A DNA stretch of 13,362 nt from Archangiaceae bacterium. Its GTDB lineage: Bacteria > Myxococcota > Myxococcia > Myxococcales > Myxococcaceae. Positions 1 through 7,630 of the stretch are shown in pieces. The stretch is taken from NCBI GenBank assembly GCA_043750125.1, contig JAYVCD010000247.1:1-13362 (forward strand), given 5' to 3'. How positions within the stretch are numbered: position 1 is the stretch's first letter; every line of letters begins with the position of its first letter. The notes under the pieces were generated by a model. That model made no database searches, was not told the origin of the DNA, and saw nothing but the letters and a program-made list of their open reading frames with translations. A program made the translations under genes and the position numbers.

Positions 1-46
1 TCGAATCCCCCAGGGCTACGTAACGGAACAGCTTTCCCATCTGGGG

Positions 47-1840
47 TCAGAGGGTAATGCCCGACCGGGGCCTTTTCATGCCCTCGGCGCGGGCGAGCAC
101 ACCCTCGATCACCTGACGGGCGATCGGGTGGTAGCCGCCCTTGAACCGGGCGAAGCAAGCCTGGGCGCGGGCGCGGGTGGCAGGGTTTTGGGCGAGCGCC
201 TCATACAGCGGCCGCAAGTACTTCATCCGACCGACCTTCCCGAGGACCTCTTCGATGCGCGGGACGGCCGGCGCGTACCCCCCACTGGCGGCAAGGCTCA
301 ACCACGCGACCAGCACCTCTGAGTTGGTTTGAGGGGTGAGCCCAAAGCGGGCGTCGAGCTCGGCACAACAATCAACGGTGGGGGGCCGGGGCACCGAGTT
401 CAAGAACAGTTGCCACTGCGTCGGGTCCCACGATTGGGCCTGAGCGCTCGAGGGAATGGCGCCCGCGAGCTGCTCAATCTCTTCGAGCTTCGAGGAAACG
501 GCGATCGGAGCGTTGGCGGGTACCCCGACACCGTCGATCCAGGCGGCGCCATCGACCTGAGCGAGCGCGCCGGGCAGCTGCCGTTCGCAAATCTGAATGA
601 AGTCGTCGGTGGTGATCGCCTGAAAGCGGAACGTGGCGAGGTAGCTGCGCAGAAAGCGGCCAAAAGCTTCCCGGCCGACCGCCGCTTCGAGCGCCATCAG
701 CAGCAAATAGCCCTTTTCATAAGGCACCTGAGAGTAGGCCTCATCGGGGTCGACCCCCCAGAGGCGGGTCCTCAGCCGGGTCAGCTCGGGCTGGTCTTTG
801 AAACGCACCACCGCTTCGTCCAGCGCGCGTCGACCGAGCGCCGAATGCAGCGCGGCGACTTCCTTTCCTTCGAGGACCTCGAGGATCCTTCGTTCGGCAA
901 AGACGGTGAAGCCCTCGTTGAGCCAGAAGTGTTCTGCATTCGCGTTAGAAACGAGGTTGCCCGTCCACGAGTGGGCAAGCTCATGCGCCACCACGTTCAC
1001 CAACGAACGATCACCGGTGATGATCGTCGGGGTGAGGAAAGTCAGTCGGGGATTTTCCATGCCCCCGTAGGGGAAGGAAGGCGGCATGGTGAGGATGTCG
1101 AAGCGTTCCCAGTCGTAGGGCCCAAACAGCTGCTCGGCAGCGAGGATCATCTGCTCGACGCCTGCGAATTCGAAGGCGGCTGCTTCGACTTGCGAAGGTT
1201 CGGCGTAGACGCGGGAACGCGGCCCGAGTTCACGCGAGACCAGGTCGCCTACCGCGAACGCAATCAGGTAGGTCGGAATCGGCTGCGGCATTTCGAAGAA
1301 ATCCGTCGCTTCATCACCGGACACCTCGCGCCGGACGAAGGCCGCGGCCATCACGGAAGTCAGGGCGCGGGGAACCGTCAGCTGCGCCTCGTAGCGAACC
1401 CGAAGGCGCGGGGTGTCCTGCAGCGGGATCACGGACCGGGCATGAATGGCCTGGCACTGGCTGAAGAGAAAAGGCTGAAGGCGTCCTGCGGTTTGAGCCG
1501 GCTCGAGCCACTGCAGCGCCGAAGCGGTGGCCGCGGTTCGGTAGCGCACCCGAATGCCGCCGGTTCCCGCGGGCAGCGCGAGGGCGAGGCGAGCGCCCAC
1601 AAAGGGCTCGGGAGCATGCAGCACGAATGAAAGCGGCTGGCCCCCCAGGTCGACCACCGAGTGGATTTCGAGATCGCGGGTATCGAGGTCCAGGGGCCCG
1701 GCCGGGGCGGGGTTTTGAAAGTAGAGCGTGGCCTCTGCCTCGAGACGCTTCGAGCCGAAATCGACCTTCGCCTTCCAAACGAGCCGAGCGGTCTGGGGTT
1801 GAGTGTCGTCGTTGAACGAGTGCGGGTCTAAGCGGGCCAT
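47..1840 (-). CDS. M1-family zinc aminopeptidase, leukotriene A4 hydrolase-like (597 aa)
   Basis: GGMEN exopeptidase motif; HELAH-x18-E zinc motif (HELAHSWTGNLV...WLNEGF); FSQCQAIH; catalytic Tyr in VPYEKG; C-terminal GRMKY typical of the LTA4H C-domain. I prefer the ATG at 1840 (MARLDPHS) over the TTG at 1879 because 'DPHS' is the typical family N-terminus. Confidence 0.95.
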   Translation of the reverse strand: MARLDPHSFNDDTQPQTARLVWKAKVDFGSKRLEAEATLYFQNPAPAGPLDLDTRDLEIHSVVDLGGQPLSFVLHAPEPFVGARLALALPAGTGGIRVRYRTAATASALQWLEPAQTAGRLQPFLFSQCQAIHARSVIPLQDTPRLRVRYEAQLTVPRALTSVMAAAFVRREVSGDEATDFFEMPQPIPTYLIAFAVGDLVSRELGPRSRVYAEPSQVEAAAFEFAGVEQMILAAEQLFGPYDWERFDILTMPPSFPYGGMENPRLTFLTPTIITGDRSLVNVVAHELAHSWTGNLVSNANAEHFWLNEGFTVFAERRILEVLEGKEVAALHSALGRRALDEAVVRFKDQPELTRLRTRLWGVDPDEAYSQVPYEKGYLLLMALEAAVGREAFGRFLRSYLATFRFQAITTDDFIQICERQLPGALAQVDGAAWIDGVGVPANAPIAVSSKLEEIEQLAGAIPSSAQAQSWDPTQWQLFLNSVPRPPTVDCCAELDARFGLTPQTNSEVLVAWLSLAASGGYAPAVPRIEEVLGKVGRMKYLRPLYEALAQNPATRARAQACFARFKGGYHPIARQVIEGVLARAEGMKRPRSGITL

Positions 1841-1977
1841 GGGAAGCGCGATACGAATCCACAGCGCGGGGCCCCGCAAGGATATATGCAGGCACGCTGA
1901 GTCGTATTCGAGGCCGGCGAATTCGGAAAAGGCCGCTGCGTCAGGACCGACTTAAAACGAGACACCAGGAGATCAAT

Positions 1978-2586
1978 ATGTCCAAAACTGCACTCATTCT
2001 CGCCGCTCTGCTTCCGACGCTTGCGTTGGCAGGCCTTCCGGAAGACGGAAAAAAGCGGACCGAAGGATTCATTGATCATCTGCTGGCGGTGAAGTCGTCC
2101 GACAAGGGCCCGCTGTCCAAGGCCGACCAGGACGCGAACCAGAAGGTGTTTGCCGAGCTCGACGGGTTCTTCGACTGGGACTACCTGATGTCCGAGCCGG
2201 TCAAGCCGCGAATCGACAAGTTCAGCCCCGCAGAGAAGGCCGAATTCACCAAGAAGTTCCGAGAAGTCCTTCGCCTGGCCGCCTACCCCGACTCGGGCAG
2301 CTTCTTCCGGACCGCGAAGTACAAGGTGAACCTCGGAACCGCGACGGCTCCGGACAAGGTGACGGTCGCGATCGACGCGAAGAAGGGCGACATCGAGACC
2401 AAGGTCGACATCCACTACAAGAAGGAAGGCGACGTGCTGAAGCTGTACGACGTCTCGTTCGACGGCGACTCGTTGGTGAAGGACTACCAGAATCAAATGG
2501 TCCGGATCATCGACAAAGGCGGGGCGAAGGACTTGATCGCGAAGATTGACAAGCGCAAGGCTGAACTCGAAAAACCGAAAAAGTGA
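1978..2586 (+). CDS. MlaC/Ttg2D(HpnM)-family periplasmic lipid-binding protein (202 aa)
   Basis: Sec signal peptide (MSKTALILAALLPTLALA); FDWDYLM...FSPAEKAEFTKKFR and LKLYDVSFDGDSLVKDYQNQM...GAKDLIAKI match the MlaC pattern (FD....F...F / W.iYDv..eGvSlv..yr.qf). AGGAG ribosome-binding site 6 nt before the ATG. Confidence 0.85.
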   Translation: MSKTALILAALLPTLALAGLPEDGKKRTEGFIDHLLAVKSSDKGPLSKADQDANQKVFAELDGFFDWDYLMSEPVKPRIDKFSPAEKAEFTKKFREVLRLAAYPDSGSFFRTAKYKVNLGTATAPDKVTVAIDAKKGDIETKVDIHYKKEGDVLKLYDVSFDGDSLVKDYQNQMVRIIDKGGAKDLIAKIDKRKAELEKPKK

Positions 2587-3965
2587 ATGCACTCCTGATT
2601 GCAGTTCTTCTGGCCGCGGACCCGACCCCTGGGCCCGCGGTTTCCGTTTTGGTGCCCCCGCCGGCGCCGGTGCGACGCATGACCCTGGACGACTGCGTCC
2701 GCGAGGCCCTCAAAGACAGCGGGCTCCTGGTCGAAGCGAAAGGGAAAGTGACCGAGTGGGAAGGGAAGTTGCTCGAGGTCGAGAGCGTGTACTGGCCCAA
2801 GCTTCAGGGTCTGGCGTATGTCGCGCCGGTGTACGGATTGAAGTTGATTCCCGGGGCGACGCTCAATGACTTGCCCCACCCGCGCTACCAGACCGACCTC
2901 AGCAGCTGGGGGCCCTACACCAAGCTGCAGCTGACTCTCGCCCAGCCGCTGTACACGTTTGGTCGTCAGCCCGCGGGCGAGAAGGCTGCTCAGAATCGGC
3001 TCGACGTTGAAAAAGCGCGCTACACCCAGGTGCGCAACACGGTCGCGCTCGAGGTGCGCCGGTACTACTTTCTCCACCTGTTCGCCCGGTCGATGCAGCC
3101 CGCGCTGGAGCAGGCGAAGAGCATTCTCGACGAGGCTCAAAAGAGCGCGATCGAGTCGTACGCCGAAGCGAACGGGAGCGTGACCCAGGTCGACCTGGCC
3201 AAGCTGAAGTACGGCGGCACGCTGCTGGCCAAGGGAATGATTCAGGCCGAAATCGGGCAGTCGCTGGCGCTGGCGGCGCTGAAGCACACGATGGGCTTGC
3301 CCCAGTCGGCCCCGATTGAACTGGTCGAAGAGGCGCTGCCGCCTCTGCCGGACAAGCCGTTGCCTCCCCTCAATGAGTTCGTCGACAAGGCGGCGCTGCA
3401 TCGACCGGAAGTAGCGCAGCTGAAGTTCGGAGCCGAGGCGGCCAGGTGGTTCGCCCGATCTGAGGCGCTCTCTTCGATGCCGACCGCCTTCGTCGCCTTT
3501 CAGCTCGACCTCAACTGGTCCCCGCTGCGGCCCACCGAGTGGGATCCGTTCGCGTACGATCGCTTCAACACCATCACTCCGGGCGTCGCGGCCGGCCTGT
3601 TGTTCGATGTGGATCCCCGCAAGACCTGGGCACGGTACGAGGGGGCCAAGGGGCTGATCGAGCAGGTCGACGGCTTGAAGAAGTTCGCTGCGACCGGCAT
3701 TCCGGTCGAAGTACGCAAGGCGTACGACGATGCGACTCAGGCCGATCAGCTGACCCGCTTGTCGAATGAAGGCTCTGCTGCGGGCCGGAAATGGCTGGTG
3801 TTCGCCGGCACCGCCTACGTGGCGGGAACCGGAGAGGCCAAAGATCTGCTCGAAGGGCTGGTGACCTACCTCACCGCCCGCCAGGCCTACTTCGAGAGCC
3901 TGCAGGCCTCGCACTTCGCTCGCGCGCAGCTGCTGTACGTCACCGGCGAAACCGGCGTCGATTGA
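2583..3965 (+). CDS. TolC-family outer membrane efflux channel (460 aa)
   Basis: Signal peptide; MTLDDCVREAL start of the OEP helix; two OEP repeats (WPKL...LAQPLYTFG...EVRRYY and ALHRPEV...MPT...EVRKAY...YVAGTG...LLYVTG). GTG start overlaps the mlaC-like TGA (GTGA), which suggests translational coupling. Confidence 0.9.
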   Translation: MNALLIAVLLAADPTPGPAVSVLVPPPAPVRRMTLDDCVREALKDSGLLVEAKGKVTEWEGKLLEVESVYWPKLQGLAYVAPVYGLKLIPGATLNDLPHPRYQTDLSSWGPYTKLQLTLAQPLYTFGRQPAGEKAAQNRLDVEKARYTQVRNTVALEVRRYYFLHLFARSMQPALEQAKSILDEAQKSAIESYAEANGSVTQVDLAKLKYGGTLLAKGMIQAEIGQSLALAALKHTMGLPQSAPIELVEEALPPLPDKPLPPLNEFVDKAALHRPEVAQLKFGAEAARWFARSEALSSMPTAFVAFQLDLNWSPLRPTEWDPFAYDRFNTITPGVAAGLLFDVDPRKTWARYEGAKGLIEQVDGLKKFAATGIPVEVRKAYDDATQADQLTRLSNEGSAAGRKWLVFAGTAYVAGTGEAKDLLEGLVTYLTARQAYFESLQASHFARAQLLYVTGETGVD

Positions 3966-3970
3966 ACCCA

Positions 3971-5134
3971 ATGAGCGCTCGCCTCGGGTGTGTGCTGCTG
4001 GTGGTCGGGCTGCAGTTGTTGCCGGGTTGCGCAACGACTCGCCGAGCCCGCCCGAGCAGGGACCGCGTCAGCAAGATTGTCGAGGCGCCGCTGCGTTTCG
4101 TATTCATCGACCTCGGGCAGGCCGACGCGATGTTGATCGTGTACCGGGGCAAGACGCTGCTGATGGATGCCGGCGAGTCGCGTACCCCCGAAGACGCGGA
4201 CAAGTTTCACGTGATCGCCCAGCGCCTCGAAGAGCTGACCGGCAAGCGTCACGTCGACTTTTTTGTTCTGAGCCACTACCACCGCGATCACGTCGGCGAC
4301 GGCAAGGAGCTCACCGGGCTCTTCGGGCTGATCGAGAGCGACGAGGTCACCGTAGGGACGATGATCGACCGGGGTCCGGACAACTTTGGTGAGAGCGCGA
4401 CCAAGGGTGAGACCCAGCGAAGCTACGAGAAGTTTGTCCCCCTGTGGTTGAAGTCGGGAAAGGTGCAGTCCCATCGGGTCGTGACCGTCGGCGAGAAGAT
4501 CGATCTCGGAGAGGGCCTGGCGATCGACGTGGTGGCGGCCAATGGCAACGGCCTGCTCGAGGCGCTGGCGAAGAACAGCCCCGCCGAGCTCGATGCCTGG
4601 CCGGCCTCGGAGAACGACTATTCGGTCGCGCTGAAGTTCACCTTTGGCGATTTCGAGCTCTTCGCCGGAGGAGACCTGACCGGCCTCACCCAGCATCGCG
4701 ATTTCGGGGGACGCCACGAGGGGTACCACGACATCGAGTCGAGCACCGCCGAACGGGTGGGCGACGTTGAGGTCTACCGCGCCAATCACCACGGCTCGGC
4801 GCACTCGTCGAACGCATGCTTCATGAGCGTCCTCAGTCCTGAAGTTTCGATCATCTCTGCGGGCGACAACAACTACGGCCACCCGTCCAACAAGGCCTTC
4901 GATGCGATGGCCTCGACCGGGAAGGTCTTCGTGACGGGCGGCGCGGACCCCAAGGTACGAGCGCACGTCGAGAAGTCGATTGTCGGAGGCGATGTGACGG
5001 TGTTGGTCGACGAGACCGGTCAACGCTATTCGGTCAACGGCAAGGACCTGCGCTCGAAGTCCGAAGAGCAGGAAGCCGCGCAGCGCCCCGACCGCCCGCT
5101 GAAGTGCGTCGGCGAGAACGTCGCGGCTCACTGA
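3971..5134 (+). CDS. ComEC/Rec2-type metallo-beta-lactamase-fold hydrolase, probable lipoprotein (387 aa)
   Basis: DLGQADA, LLMDAG, SHYHRDH (HxHxDH), ENDYS, GGDL, HHGS and ISAGDNNYGHP are the ComEC-like MBL motif set. N-terminal hydrophobic stretch ends in LPG-C lipobox. ATG lies 5 nt after the tolC stop. No ComEC membrane (Competence) domain. Confidence 0.85.
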   Translation: MSARLGCVLLVVGLQLLPGCATTRRARPSRDRVSKIVEAPLRFVFIDLGQADAMLIVYRGKTLLMDAGESRTPEDADKFHVIAQRLEELTGKRHVDFFVLSHYHRDHVGDGKELTGLFGLIESDEVTVGTMIDRGPDNFGESATKGETQRSYEKFVPLWLKSGKVQSHRVVTVGEKIDLGEGLAIDVVAANGNGLLEALAKNSPAELDAWPASENDYSVALKFTFGDFELFAGGDLTGLTQHRDFGGRHEGYHDIESSTAERVGDVEVYRANHHGSAHSSNACFMSVLSPEVSIISAGDNNYGHPSNKAFDAMASTGKVFVTGGADPKVRAHVEKSIVGGDVTVLVDETGQRYSVNGKDLRSKSEEQEAAQRPDRPLKCVGENVAAH

Positions 5135-5303
5135 CCACTGCAGTGATCACTGGACGGCGCGGGCCTGCTCCGTGCGGTCCTGGGTGCGGGACAGGGGCGC
5201 GAAACCACTGAAGATCGGTTTCGGACAACGGCTTGCAGAGGCACGAGGGCGAGGTGTCCCGTATGCCGCGTGCAAACACGTTTGTTCTTCGGGGCATGAG
5301 TTC

Positions 5304-5828
5304 ATGAAGCCCGTCGGCGCCAACGAGCGGGACCTGAAGGACAAGGCGCATGTCCTGGTGCGCAAGGGAAAGCTCGAGGCCGCGGCCGAGGTGTACCTGC
5401 AGCTGATCGCGCAGAACAACAAAGACCCGGCGCTGCGACTTCACCACGCCGAGCTGTGCGAGAAGCTCAACCGCAAAGATCGAGCGGTCGCCTCGTACCA
5501 GGTCGCAGCCCACCTGCTGGTCGGCTCGGGCCACACCGCCCGCGCGCGCGCGGCACTCAACGCGGGCTTGCGAATCAACCCCGAGGACGCTGGACTGCGA
5601 AGGGCGATGCGAGAGCTCTCGCCCCCCACCCAGCTGGTCCTGGTCCCCAAGCCGATTTCGTACGCGGACTTCGAGCTCGACCTGGTCCCCCTGGACGAGG
5701 CGCTCACCGAACCTCACCTGGTCGCGATGGATGAAAACGGGCAGAGCCTGGCGACGGTCAGCCAGCGCGTCCCCACCGAGCCGGCGCCTAGAACGCTTTC
5801 TGCATCTGCATCGAGAACGCGGCGCTGA
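5304..5828 (+). CDS. Short TPR-like helical-repeat protein (174 aa)
   Basis: About three TPR-like repeats (KGKLEAAAEVY..L....KD / LRLHHAEL..KLNRKDRAVASY..AA / GHTARARAAL...LRINPED) followed by an acidic, Pro-rich tail. Codon usage becomes GC3-rich from ATG 5304, so I do not use the upstream GTG at 5172. Confidence 0.75.
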   Translation: MKPVGANERDLKDKAHVLVRKGKLEAAAEVYLQLIAQNNKDPALRLHHAELCEKLNRKDRAVASYQVAAHLLVGSGHTARARAALNAGLRINPEDAGLRRAMRELSPPTQLVLVPKPISYADFELDLVPLDEALTEPHLVAMDENGQSLATVSQRVPTEPAPRTLSASASRTRR

Positions 5829-7509
5829 AGTTGGCGTTTCGCCGGAACCCGAACGCCATGAACAGGTCGAGCTGAAACATGTCCATCGCGAGGAAGTGAA
5901 GGCTGGGCCCAAAGCCGTCGGCGAGCTCGATCGCCTGTTGCCCGTTCTGGCTGCGCAGCGGCACCGCGAAGACTGCCAGGTCATGGAAGATTCCAATTTT
6001 GATGTCGTCGCGCACGAGTGAGAAGCGGAACTCGAGCTGCAGGTTGGCGCCGCTGGGGACCCACTGGCCGCCGAAGAGCCCGCGCACCAACTCTCCAATC
6101 GAAATCTCGTCGTGGAAGGTCACCTCGCCCCACGACAGGTGGCCTCGAGACTTGATCCAGAAGTCGTGCCAGCCGAGCTCTTTGACGTATTGGTAGCGCA
6201 GGTCGGCCCACCCGAAGCCCCGTTCGGTGTTGAACGGAAAGTAGTAGCGCAGCTCGCTCTCGAGCGTGTGGCGGCGGTCCCACCGAAGGACAGTGGGGTC
6301 GATCACCGATTCGTGGGTGGCCCGAATGAAGGGCCGCTTGCGCTCGGTCACGACCACGTCGGGGGGCAGCTCGTAGGCCGGCGCCACTTCGAGGCCAAAC
6401 AGCCGCCGGTACTCGAAGCCGCCGCCCACGACGAACCGCATTCCGGTGCGCAGCTCGGCTTGAAGCTGCAGGCCCACGTCTGCGGTGAGGGCCCAATAGG
6501 TTTCGAGGTGCAGGTCCGCGCGTTGCCTCGAGATCAGGTTCGCCTCGGTCCACACGTTGGGCTTGAAGTGCCTGAACAGCGCAGGCGAATAGTAGGTGCT
6601 TGTGGCGTACGCGCGCGAGAAGTAGGGGTAGAGCTTCTCGGTGGTGATCCGCGAGCGCAGCCCAAACCCACCGCTGGTGGCCGCGTAGAAGAGGTCGCCC
6701 TGCCCGACGAGGTTGCGGGCGACGTAGTTGACGCCTGCTTCGAGCCCGTCGACGTAGTTGGACCGCAGGTCGATGCCGAAGAAGCTGCCGGTGGCCTCGG
6801 GGAAGCTGATTCGCACTTCGTAGGGTCGACGGTCGTGAACCATCTCGACTCCGCCGACCTGAAGATCCATCTCGACGGGCAGGCTCTTGACCTGAGGCCC
6901 GGAGTGACTGACGGCCGCGGTGCGCACCAGTTCCCAGCGCACGCCCGGCATCTTGAGCTTTTCGCCCAGGTCGCGAACCTGCCGGTCGAGAAGGGGCCGA
7001 TTGAACACCTGGTAGGGCAGCACCACCCCGAGCTTGAAGCGGACCTGCTGAAACGACAGCTGCCCGAGGAAGATGATCCGATCGATTTTGCCTTCGTCGA
7101 TCTCGGCTTCGATGCCTTCGACAGTGACGCGGGTGGCGACCGTCGCGAGCTCAAAGCCAGTGCGTCGAAGGAATTCTTGCAGCTGCCGCCGCACTTCATC
7201 GGCGGTGGCGGCGTCGGGGCGGTCGAGCTGAGGCAGGTGAAGCGCGTCGAGGTACACCTCGGCCGGAAGCACCAGCGCCCCGAGAATGGTGACCGTGACA
7301 TGGGGCACGACCCGGGCCGTCTTCAGCGGACCTGCGTCGGGGTTGGTGCCGTCGACCACCTGCCCCCGGGCACCGGCGTCGAGCGCGAACCCCGCGTCGG
7401 AGCCCAGGCTTGGGTAGGAGGGGGAACCTCCATCGAGGCCTGCTTTGGGCACCGCGGGAAGGGCTGTCAGAAGTAGAGCGAAGAGCACAGGGGACAACCA
7501 TGCTGGCAT
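5788..7509 (-). CDS. Omp85/TpsB (ShlB/FhaC-like) outer membrane beta-barrel protein with two POTRA-like domains (573 aa)
   Basis: Signal peptide; DAG/PDAG low-complexity linker; POTRA-like LQEFLRRTGFELATV...IEAEIDEGKIDRIIFLG and QVFNRPLLDRQVRDL; barrel-entry motif RNLVGQGD; amphipathic strands; loop-6-like VRGLF; FHDLA (FxDxG-like); C-terminal beta-signal ending in Phe (SMQMQKAF). Confidence 0.75.
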   Translation of the reverse strand: MPAWLSPVLFALLLTALPAVPKAGLDGGSPSYPSLGSDAGFALDAGARGQVVDGTNPDAGPLKTARVVPHVTVTILGALVLPAEVYLDALHLPQLDRPDAATADEVRRQLQEFLRRTGFELATVATRVTVEGIEAEIDEGKIDRIIFLGQLSFQQVRFKLGVVLPYQVFNRPLLDRQVRDLGEKLKMPGVRWELVRTAAVSHSGPQVKSLPVEMDLQVGGVEMVHDRRPYEVRISFPEATGSFFGIDLRSNYVDGLEAGVNYVARNLVGQGDLFYAATSGGFGLRSRITTEKLYPYFSRAYATSTYYSPALFRHFKPNVWTEANLISRQRADLHLETYWALTADVGLQLQAELRTGMRFVVGGGFEYRRLFGLEVAPAYELPPDVVVTERKRPFIRATHESVIDPTVLRWDRRHTLESELRYYFPFNTERGFGWADLRYQYVKELGWHDFWIKSRGHLSWGEVTFHDEISIGELVRGLFGGQWVPSGANLQLEFRFSLVRDDIKIGIFHDLAVFAVPLRSQNGQQAIELADGFGPSLHFLAMDMFQLDLFMAFGFRRNANFSAAFSMQMQKAF

Positions 7510-7630
7510 CGCCTCTTCGAGTCACCACACACTTTTGATGAGGGGCGCGGAGCCCTTCGCAGGGTGGGGCGATGTGACTTCGGCCCGGCAAGTGTGTCAT
7601 CACGCGCCGTCTTTCCCCCCCGAGGTGTGC

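Noticed and set aside
1..21. TCGAATCCCCCAGGGCTAC resembles a tRNA T-loop/T-stem and acceptor 3' strand
   Set aside because: Cut by the window edge, no CCA, and the implied discriminator (C) is atypical. It cannot be supported without running tRNAscan-SE on the upstream sequence.
329..1630. 433-aa plus-strand ORF
   Set aside because: In-register antisense shadow of the M1 peptidase, expected from high-GC3 codon bias; no motifs.
1866..1877. Perfect 12-bp palindrome GCGGGGCCCCGC in the divergent intergenic region
   Set aside because: All G/C and low-complexity in a GC-rich genome; no second copy seen.
3791..3970. 60-aa N-terminal extension of the MBL ORF
   Set aside because: Overlaps tolC out of frame, is Arg-rich noise, and would bury the signal peptide that starts at 3971.
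1828..5131. Long minus-strand ORFs (254, 513 and 414 aa)
   Set aside because: Antisense shadows of the MlaC, TolC and MBL genes.
3971..5134. Calling the gene comEC or a beta-lactamase resistance gene
   Set aside because: Lacks the Competence membrane and OB domains; the motifs are ComEC-type rather than class B beta-lactamase.
6112..7476. 454-aa plus-strand ORF
   Set aside because: Antisense shadow of the Omp85-like gene.
5788..7509. Calling the gene bamA or tamA
   Set aside because: Too short, only two POTRA-like units, altered motifs, and no skp/lpxD or tamB neighbours.
7445..7630. Upstream extension of the lipoprotein ORF
   Set aside because: Overlaps the divergent gene start; RBS and lipoprotein signal support ATG 7631.
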